Part shown: one piece after another, positions 56,702 to 64,000 of the stretch
Numbering within the stretch: the first letter of the stretch is position 1
How the letters are laid out: every line of letters starts with the position of its first letter
IMG/VR virus record: IMGVR_UViG_3300028364_000014
Location: 173,911-237,910 of that record
Length of the DNA stretch: 64,000 nt
Reading direction: 5' to 3' (one strand)
The notes under the pieces: model-generated
What the model saw: the letters and a program-made list of their open reading frames with translations, nothing else
Told to the model about the DNA's origin: nothing
The model's database searches: none
Translations under genes and position numbers: made by a program

Positions 56702-58570
56702 CTAACCAGAAATAGTTACCCAAGGTATTACCCCATCAAACCAAACCTCCTTATGGTCAAAATTATGAGATTTTAATATAACATCCACGTATCTTGTACC
56801 AGATACTAAAGTGGTATCAAATTCATCATAAGTCCAATATACTTCTGTCGGTAATGTGTACCAAACTGTTCCAGAAACAGTAAGAGGGTTATTAACACTT
56901 CTTATACCTAGATAGGCAGACGCAGAGTAGGTTTTGTATTCAGCTTTAAAATGAAAAGTCGCTTTACCTTGATCAATATCCGAACCACTTATACCCCCTA
57001 ATAATAAATCCACCCTCTGTGATAAAATATAATCCGCATTAATATAATCTGAAAAAAACACAGAACCATGAGAGGCTGCTGACGCTATTCCAAAATTTTG
57101 GTCTCCTTCATTAGTCCAGCCAGCAAGACTATTGTAATCAGCTGATGAGTTAATTAACTCTATATATTTTAATTTATCTAACTCTTCATAAGAGGTGCTC
57201 GGAATACGTATAAAAGTTTCAACATCATCAAAATAAGTAACACGTGACCAATCAGGGTGGTATGCTTTACATAACAAATCTACATACCGAGTGCCTGAAG
57301 TAAGGGTACGTCTATAGTAGGACTCTGTCCAAGAACTAGCAGACGCTGCTTGAACAACATAATTATCACTTCCAATCACAACTCTATTTTCATCTAAAAG
57401 TCTAGAGCCTATATACATACTACCACTTTGTTTCTGAAGAGTGGTAACAAATGAATATAATTCACTATCTATACCTGAAGCCGTAACACCTTGGGCAATC
57501 AAATCAATTTGTTGTGTCATAATATGAGTACCAGGAGCATTAACAGCCCTACCAAATTTATATGCGCTATTATACCCTTCACTATAAGTAGATATACTTC
57601 CCTCCTCTTTCTCCCAACCTACCAAACTTCTTTGCTCCGCACCCGGGTTAGCTAATGAAAACTTTTTATTAATAAAAGCATGAGAAATAGCATCTCCCGA
57701 CTCTACTGGATAACAATCAGACTTAAGAAGATCATTATAATAAGGAGAAATTGAATCATCTAAACAAATCATATAGTGTGGGCCTCCAAAAGATGTGCCT
57801 ATTTCATAGGCGCCATCACTTGAAGTAACAGCACCTAGAAAAACATCATTGTCTTGCCTAAATATCCTAAGTTCCCTATTAACTAAAAGGTCATCTTGCC
57901 TTATATTTCCAGTAAATTCATATAAAGGAGGATTAATAACAACTAAAGAAGTCCCATACTTAGCGCCATAGCCGTGGAACTTCTTAGAAGTACTTATGTA
58001 ATCACTATCTCCCGATCCAAAAGCTGTAACACCCACAGCGACAGAAGAAGCGTCTACTCGGCACTTTATCATTTGTCTATTATCAATAGAATAAAAGTAA
58101 CTTGCTCCTAAATTGCCTTCAAATAAATAACAGTCACAGTTCTGTATAACTAATGATTCTATACTATGGACAGAATTACTAAAAAAAGAACCTCTACTAG
58201 AGGACGAAGAATCTAAAATACATTGACTAAAAATAGTGTCAAACGTAGGAGAACCATCCCCTGCCCTAAACCTAACCGCAGAATACGCATCAGTACGAGT
58301 CGTTCTAATTTTAACTTTATCAATTAAAATAGGGTTACTTCCGTTATATACTATATCTAGTACACCAAAATAATTATTACTAGTAAGTTCTACCTTACCT
58401 TCAGCAGGGTAATCAGTGTTTCCTACTAAATTAACCACTTTATACTCCATAATTATATGCTCATCATAAACCCCTTCATCAATCCATAGGGTGTCACCAT
58501 CAGCCGCCTCATTATACGCTGAAATAATAGTAGTGTATAATTTATCTGGTCCTACGGGTAATATCGCCAT
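56702..58570 (-). CDS. putative virion/tail protein: beta-helix-like N-terminus plus two FBA/CBM-like domains
   Basis: YTTIISA...GDTLWIDEGVY; two N.GAE/SAD...GW...Q..DL repeats. Confidence 0.6.
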   Translation of the reverse strand: MAILPVGPDKLYTTIISAYNEAADGDTLWIDEGVYDEHIIMEYKVVNLVGNTDYPAEGKVELTSNNYFGVLDIVYNGSNPILIDKVKIRTTRTDAYSAVRFRAGDGSPTFDTIFSQCILDSSSSSRGSFFSNSVHSIESLVIQNCDCYLFEGNLGASYFYSIDNRQMIKCRVDASSVAVGVTAFGSGDSDYISTSKKFHGYGAKYGTSLVVINPPLYEFTGNIRQDDLLVNRELRIFRQDNDVFLGAVTSSDGAYEIGTSFGGPHYMICLDDSISPYYNDLLKSDCYPVESGDAISHAFINKKFSLANPGAEQRSLVGWEKEEGSISTYSEGYNSAYKFGRAVNAPGTHIMTQQIDLIAQGVTASGIDSELYSFVTTLQKQSGSMYIGSRLLDENRVVIGSDNYVVQAASASSWTESYYRRTLTSGTRYVDLLCKAYHPDWSRVTYFDDVETFIRIPSTSYEELDKLKYIELINSSADYNSLAGWTNEGDQNFGIASAASHGSVFFSDYINADYILSQRVDLLLGGISGSDIDQGKATFHFKAEYKTYSASAYLGIRSVNNPLTVSGTVWYTLPTEVYWTYDEFDTTLVSGTRYVDVILKSHNFDHKEVWFDGVIPWVTISG

Positions 58571-60498
58571 TAGTATAACTCCTTTGGTATTAATCTTCCT
58601 AGAATTAAATCATCATAGATAGGCTCACTTGCAACATCCTCACAAATAACAAAATGCTCCCCACTATACGTAGTTACCACCTGGTAATCAGTAGTTAGTG
58701 GTTCAGAAAGAGCTATACCTTCAACTTGATTTGTTACAGCATTAATGGCTTTAACATTCCAAAGTGAATTAGTACCATAAAAACTAAACCCTTCAGGTAT
58801 AGGGTGAGATAACTTAGTGTATGAAGTTAAAAAGTCTACTTTAGAAGCGTAACCGTCAGAAGAATATAAAGAAAACATAGGAAATAATTCCGCATTATCA
58901 ATCTCAAATATAGGATTGGTACCCATACTAGGATCTCCACCTAACATCCACTCACCATTCTTCGACCACCAAAGCCTACTATTAAAAGCATCATAAGCTA
59001 TACCTATCACATCAGCAGGACTGCTGGATTCTCCTACTTTTACTCTTACATTATCCGTATAAAAACCACCATCTCTAGGACGATACGCCCAACTTTTAGT
59101 ATCTACACCTAAGGCACCATATAAACTAGAGCTATCAGTACCTAAACCACACCTACATTCACCATAAGTGTCATCAATAACTACTTCCCAATACCACTTG
59201 CCCGTAGCTCTACCAACCGTAGCCCTGATACCGTGATGTTCATACCTATAAGTGGTAGGAAGTGTTGCCTGCTTAGCATCTACTAAAGAAATTCGATTAG
59301 ACTTATCATAAAAATTTAAAACTACACTATCAATTAAAGTGTTAGTACTAAATATATCAGATATATTTCCTGCAAAATAATATTGCTTAGGTATATCAAA
59401 TAAAGATTCACCATAATTAGGCCCATAACTATACTCTTCTCTTTGTATAACAAAATCATGTGTTGAAAGGTCTTTAGCGCTGTCCTCTTTGTTCATTAAG
59501 TAATAAATATAAAATCCCATAGGGTAACTTGAACCATCACCATAAAGGGTATCCAATACTTCAAACTTATAATATCTATAAGCAGTGTCATTAGCAAACC
59601 GAAACATAGCATTCTGTTCATTACAATCCACAGTTTCAAAAAGTATATTCCAACTAATAAAGTCATTAGATGCACTTAGACGAAACCTATCATAATAAGT
59701 TGTTCTATTCCTAAAAACCAATGTTGTTGCGATCTCCTCTAATCCCAGACCAAAATCAGTAATAATACTATATTCAGCAGCCGCAATAGGCATACTACTA
59801 TAACTATTATAAACATTCTGATCAAACATATTACCAATCGAAGTAAAAGCGGCACTCGTAGTGTTAGATGTATTTAATAAATTATATAAGAAACCAGTAG
59901 AGTAAGGAAGAGAGTAATAGTTAACAAACATAAGGTCTATAGGAGCTATTGATTTTTCTATTATAAAATCAGTAACTTGCATACCAAGTGCAAAAAAGTC
60001 TGGATATAATGGGGAATAAGAATCAGAATCATTTCCAGTATAGCATATAAACCTACAATTTCGAAGCCTCACACCTCTAGCATATGTGTCATAACCGGAA
60101 AATAAATAAAAATTTTTGTTAGAAGCGCTTATTATACAACGATTAAAAATAAAATCAACAGTCTCACATGAATAAAAATAAACTGCTTCATCATATCTGC
60201 CAGGATTACTTACAGGCGGAAATTGAATATTTATATTTTCTATATACACTGATTGTGTGGCTAACCAGACATTTTTAAAATATAATACCGGTTTACTAAC
60301 TATACTATTCGTTAGTATTACCTTGCCCTCACCAGGATACCTGGTGTTCCCAATCAAATGAACAACCTTACCGTCCATCCGTATATCTTCATCATAGACA
60401 CCTTCATCAATCCATAAGGCATCCCCATTAGCAGCTCTATTAAAAGCACTAATTATTGTTGTATAAGCCCGTGTAGGCCCCACTCTAATCATCGTCAT
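58570..60498 (-). CDS. putative virion/tail protein: paralogous N-terminus, discoidin-like and SPRY/ConA-like domains
   Basis: N-terminus paralogous to 56702-58570; F.LSASND...W...YRYYKF; GKWYWEV...GLG...DVIGIAYD...W..KNG. Confidence 0.65.
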   Translation of the reverse strand: MTMIRVGPTRAYTTIISAFNRAANGDALWIDEGVYDEDIRMDGKVVHLIGNTRYPGEGKVILTNSIVSKPVLYFKNVWLATQSVYIENINIQFPPVSNPGRYDEAVYFYSCETVDFIFNRCIISASNKNFYLFSGYDTYARGVRLRNCRFICYTGNDSDSYSPLYPDFFALGMQVTDFIIEKSIAPIDLMFVNYYSLPYSTGFLYNLLNTSNTTSAAFTSIGNMFDQNVYNSYSSMPIAAAEYSIITDFGLGLEEIATTLVFRNRTTYYDRFRLSASNDFISWNILFETVDCNEQNAMFRFANDTAYRYYKFEVLDTLYGDGSSYPMGFYIYYLMNKEDSAKDLSTHDFVIQREEYSYGPNYGESLFDIPKQYYFAGNISDIFSTNTLIDSVVLNFYDKSNRISLVDAKQATLPTTYRYEHHGIRATVGRATGKWYWEVVIDDTYGECRCGLGTDSSSLYGALGVDTKSWAYRPRDGGFYTDNVRVKVGESSSPADVIGIAYDAFNSRLWWSKNGEWMLGGDPSMGTNPIFEIDNAELFPMFSLYSSDGYASKVDFLTSYTKLSHPIPEGFSFYGTNSLWNVKAINAVTNQVEGIALSEPLTTDYQVVTTYSGEHFVICEDVASEPIYDDLILGRLIPKELY

Positions 60499-62671
60499 CG
60501 ATATCTCCTAAACCAAATATGAAAGAAGCGTCGTCACTCTCTGGTGGACCTACTTCAGTGTTTAAAAAAGTAAAATCAATATGCCCTTGATTCGGTGAGA
60601 GGTAATCTAAACCGGTTATTGTTGAAAAAAGATCTGTAGTGGCTTTTAATGCTATAGGCACAACTACTAAAGGTAAATTAGATTCTACTGAATACCCCGG
60701 TTTTATTACACCTCTTAAAACTCTATTAGTTTTGTATATTCTTTTTATAGAAATTCTCATATTTAAATTAGAGCACCTATCATTAGTACCTTCTATACTC
60801 ATAGGTAAATCTAAAATCTTTAACTGAGTTACTCTATCAACCATATCCTTTATAGCTGCATCTATACTCTCGTAGGCTTTTAGGTTGAAAATATATTTAC
60901 GTTTTACTTTTGTCTTTTCATACCCTTTACCTACAGGAAGTAGCTTGTGACCTTCAACTCTGATAACCCAATGATCGCCACTAAAATCTCTATATGCCTG
61001 CTTATTCCTTGAGAAATAAGAATAACTTTTAGCGTAACTATTAAAAGTTAATTCTGCGTAACGTCTGAAGTCTTCCTTATTATTTTTTAACTTAAGAGTC
61101 ATAAATTTTTCTCTAACATTCACAGCTGGATAATGCCTATTAGAGTAGGCTCTAATAAATACAGGTAAATCTCGTTGTATAAACGCACCATTTATACTAG
61201 TACCCAAATCAAAATAAGTTCTATTATTAGAAAAAGCAGCCAATAAAATAATATTACTAGTTTGATAGACAGTCTTCTTTTCATACTTTAAAGTAGTATA
61301 TGTAGTAGGTTTTTCTAAGTGAAGATATTTAACAGTAATAGTATCTTGGGCTAAATAGGCTGAAGCATTGATACTACACGATAAGTCCACTACGTTACTA
61401 TTATCAAAGGCATAAATAAGTGCCCTTAAGTCTTTATTATTATTAACAGCTATCATAAAAGATAAATCTCTAAAAGCAGAACCAAAGCATGGGAAATTAA
61501 TTACAGCGGCCAAGTCTCTATTCTCTAGAAAAGAAATATTTATACGATGTTTTACATTTATTACTTTTGGATATATTTTAACTATTAAATCCACAACTTG
61601 TCTTGAAGAAGCAAGCATAAAATTTAAATCCATATACTGCATGACATTTAGATAAGAAACTAGATCATACACCTTTAAATTGGTCAATCTAGCATTAAGA
61701 TCACTTATGATTTCAAAACCCTTCCTAACATATAAACTAATATTTAAATCTTTTGGAGCTATACCATAAATATATTTATTCAAATCTCCTGGATGAGAAA
61801 TTTCTTTAATAGATATACTTAAGTCATTAAAATCCCAAGCACTTATACTGGCTTGTATATCTACTGGCTGTATTGTATTTAAATACGCACCAATGTTCAT
61901 AAAATAAGTTGATCTAACAAGTACAGGAAGGTCCACTATATGTAATGGCTGAAGGAGCTTTTGAAGCTGTACCTCTTGCCAGCCATGCAATAAGAAGTCA
62001 ACAGAGTCTTGGCTAGTCTGCCATATTTTAAATATATCCATAGGCAAATCTGCGGCTTGCTCTATAAATGATTTTAAGTACCCTGACAAATTAGTAGTAT
62101 CTTTACGCCATATACGAATAGTATTTATAATATCTATTACATTACCTGTTCGCCAACCTTTAACAGTGTTAAATAAGTCCACCTGTTGCTCTGTAAAACT
62201 CTTTATATAAGTAAGTATATTAGTTTCTGTAGAATACCCTTGTTTAATAAGAGCAGCTAAATCCTCTGTAGCTACTGTCCAACCCTTTACTACTATTGGA
62301 AAATCGATGTACTGAGGAGCCCAACCCTTAATGGTCTTAGTTACATCTATTTGGCCTGTATATACTTGTTTTATATAAGCGGCTAAATCATTAAGGTGCG
62401 AGGCAATAGACAATGTAGCAGCTAGATCTCGTATACCACCATAAATGCAATTTGATCTAAGAATCTGTACATTATTTTGAGTAAACCCTAAAACATATGT
62501 TTCGCAGTGTTTTAAATAATCTCTTTGTAAATCCATACCTACAATCGTAGACTTTAAATTCACATTATTTGCAGCAAAACTAAAATTTACAGCACTAAAG
62601 TCTGGAGGAGAATATCCAGAACTGCTAAATTTAAAAGGTATGTCGCTATTTGGTGGGTTACTACTATACAT
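60485..62671 (-). CDS. large hypothetical, probably virion structural protein
   Basis: 728 aa with many short DL...I/V repeats, within the structural block. Confidence 0.5.
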   Translation of the reverse strand: MYSSNPPNSDIPFKFSSSGYSPPDFSAVNFSFAANNVNLKSTIVGMDLQRDYLKHCETYVLGFTQNNVQILRSNCIYGGIRDLAATLSIASHLNDLAAYIKQVYTGQIDVTKTIKGWAPQYIDFPIVVKGWTVATEDLAALIKQGYSTETNILTYIKSFTEQQVDLFNTVKGWRTGNVIDIINTIRIWRKDTTNLSGYLKSFIEQAADLPMDIFKIWQTSQDSVDFLLHGWQEVQLQKLLQPLHIVDLPVLVRSTYFMNIGAYLNTIQPVDIQASISAWDFNDLSISIKEISHPGDLNKYIYGIAPKDLNISLYVRKGFEIISDLNARLTNLKVYDLVSYLNVMQYMDLNFMLASSRQVVDLIVKIYPKVINVKHRINISFLENRDLAAVINFPCFGSAFRDLSFMIAVNNNKDLRALIYAFDNSNVVDLSCSINASAYLAQDTITVKYLHLEKPTTYTTLKYEKKTVYQTSNIILLAAFSNNRTYFDLGTSINGAFIQRDLPVFIRAYSNRHYPAVNVREKFMTLKLKNNKEDFRRYAELTFNSYAKSYSYFSRNKQAYRDFSGDHWVIRVEGHKLLPVGKGYEKTKVKRKYIFNLKAYESIDAAIKDMVDRVTQLKILDLPMSIEGTNDRCSNLNMRISIKRIYKTNRVLRGVIKPGYSVESNLPLVVVPIALKATTDLFSTITGLDYLSPNQGHIDFTFLNTEVGPPESDDASFIFGLGDIDDDD

Positions 62672-63999
62672 TAGCTACCACTCTCAATAGGACTAATATA
62701 GTCAAATATAAGGGCATTAAAATCGTTGTCTGGATTTAATGCAACTATAAAATGATCTTCAGCATAAACAGCTTCAATGGAAAACACCCCAGAAGAATTA
62801 GTTACCGTTCTTCCAACAAGACTTCCATCCGATCTTCTATATAAATTCACTCCTACATCGGCTAAATTAATATCAGTCGAATCTTTAACTACACCTTCGC
62901 AGGTCATTGAACTTACATCTGCATAGTATTGGCCATAGGTAGGCCCATAACTAAAGGTAGGTGTAGTTACAACGTTTAGTAAATCTAAATTACCAACACA
63001 AGAAGTATATAAATAATTAGTATCTAATTGAGTATACGTAATACCTTTCTCATTAACATTATCCCAACTAGCATTAGATACATGTTCAAAACCATTAGAG
63101 TTTATATAACCATTTTTAATAAAAAATTTATTAAGAAGCATATTATTCAAATTAACCGCCCCATCAGCATCAATTGCTCCCGAAATATGGCATTTATTTA
63201 TATAAACACCTAATTTATTATTTGTCTCATGAAAATAAACAGGGGCATAACTATTATAATCACTTTTAGATATACCAAAGCCTTCTATATTTATATCCTC
63301 ACTTACTTCTGGGGAATACATCACTTTAATAGTCTTATTTGCTGCTGTAGATAGCCTTACATTATCTACCCAACAACAGTCACTACCGGTGTCTGCACTA
63401 CGATCCTTTGAGTAACACCACTTTAAGTCATGATCTCCTGCTGGCAAAATATACATTTTATTAACCCAATCAACCGTTCCTGATATTTTTCCAACCTGTT
63501 CAACATCATCAATATAAAATTTTAACCAATCACAATTAACCTCAGAACTAATTTTACCATAAAACGAAATAAGCCCATCTTCTGACGTAGTAATAATCTT
63601 ATGCATGCATGTTAGTTGGTTATGTGTTATATCTCCGCTTTTAGCAGCAAAAGCACTCCCATACCCATTTCCACTAGCAGTAACTACCCAATCTAAGTTC
63701 CCAGAGAAACTAAAGCCATCTAAAGTCCCATCCTCAAAAGTACTCTCATCAAACAAAGAAAACTTATCAATTATAATATTATCTACCCAACAACAGTCAC
63801 TACCAGCACTTACACTACTATCCTTTGAGTAACACCACTTTAAAACATGGCTTCCCGCCGGTAAAAGAAACAATATTTTAGCCCAATCAACCGTTCCTGA
63901 TATTTTCCCATCCTGCTCAACATCATCAATATAAAATTTTAACCAATCACAATTAGCCTCAGAACTAATTTTACCATAAAACGAAACAATCGCGTCTAC
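62671..63999 (-). CDS. putative virion protein with tandem beta-sandwich (ConA/MAM-like) repeats; 5' end lies outside the window
   Basis: Frame stays open from 63873 to the right edge; repeat ISSE.NCDWLKFYIDD...WCYSKD...WVDN. Confidence 0.65.
   Translation of the reverse strand, partial: VDAIVSFYGKISSEANCDWLKFYIDDVEQDGKISGTVDWAKILFLLPAGSHVLKWCYSKDSSVSAGSDCCWVDNIIIDKFSLFDESTFEDGTLDGFSFSGNLDWVVTASGNGYGSAFAAKSGDITHNQLTCMHKIITTSEDGLISFYGKISSEVNCDWLKFYIDDVEQVGKISGTVDWVNKMYILPAGDHDLKWCYSKDRSADTGSDCCWVDNVRLSTAANKTIKVMYSPEVSEDINIEGFGISKSDYNSYAPVYFHETNNKLGVYINKCHISGAIDADGAVNLNNMLLNKFFIKNGYINSNGFEHVSNASWDNVNEKGITYTQLDTNYLYTSCVGNLDLLNVVTTPTFSYGPTYGQYYADVSSMTCEGVVKDSTDINLADVGVNLYRRSDGSLVGRTVTNSSGVFSIEAVYAEDHFIVALNPDNDFNALIFDYISPIESGS
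63361..63990. repeat. 417-bp-period intragenic direct repeat (139-aa domain duplication)
   Basis: 63361 onward and 63778 onward begin attatctacccaacaacagtcactacc and stay highly similar for about 210 bp. Confidence 0.9.
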
Positions 64000-64000
64000 A

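Noticed and set aside
17653-58242. Other minus-strand TTGACA hits (17653, 20287, 20909, 32212, 58237)
   Set aside because: No TATA(T/A)T at the 16-bp spacing
369-63832. Plus-strand ORFs in the track (e.g. 16515-17141, 36862-37278, 43603-43998)
   Set aside because: All are antisense shadows of well-supported minus-strand genes, with no recognisable motifs
63361-63990. Repeat pair as a DGR template/variable region
   Set aside because: Both copies are in frame in one ORF, differences are not adenine-restricted, and no reverse transcriptase is in the window
1-64000. Stop-codon recoding, as in some huge phages
   Set aside because: Conserved genes are full length in the standard code and TAA, TAG and TGA all end genes

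Overview
AT-rich (about 30% GC by eye), gene-dense window with essentially every real gene on the minus strand and the standard genetic code. The content points to a large (jumbo/huge) dsDNA bacteriophage. In transcription order (right to left): (1) four large, probably virion-associated proteins with lectin-like domains (56.7-64 kb); (2) a bacterial-type replication/recombination block (beta clamp, RecA, DnaB, primase, SSB, DnaJ, RuvC-like, Cas4-like nuclease); (3) a ~15 kb glycosylation island (28.3-43.4 kb) with an FnlA/CapE-like dehydratase carrying an intein, an RmlD-like reductase, an FnlC/CapG-like 2-epimerase, six GT-like genes, two methyltransferases, a kinase-like protein, a Dam-like methylase and a divergent ThyX-fold protein; (4) DnaX, family A DNA polymerase (intein), dUTPase and class II RNR (intein ending in Gln); (5) accessory nucleotide, RNA and repair genes, an output-less multi-PAS protein and a lipoprotein. 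The window holds many selfish endonucleases: 4 Zn-ribbon-repeat HNH genes, 3 HNH genes of a second family, 1 GIY-YIG and 3 intein LAGLIDADG domains. I found by eye 14 copies of a rigid promoter motif TTGACA-N16-TATA(T/A)T, two of them deep inside coding sequences, a 92-nt tRNA-like element, and a one-base frameshift in a glycosyltransferase. All protein calls come from motif recognition only; no database searches were run.
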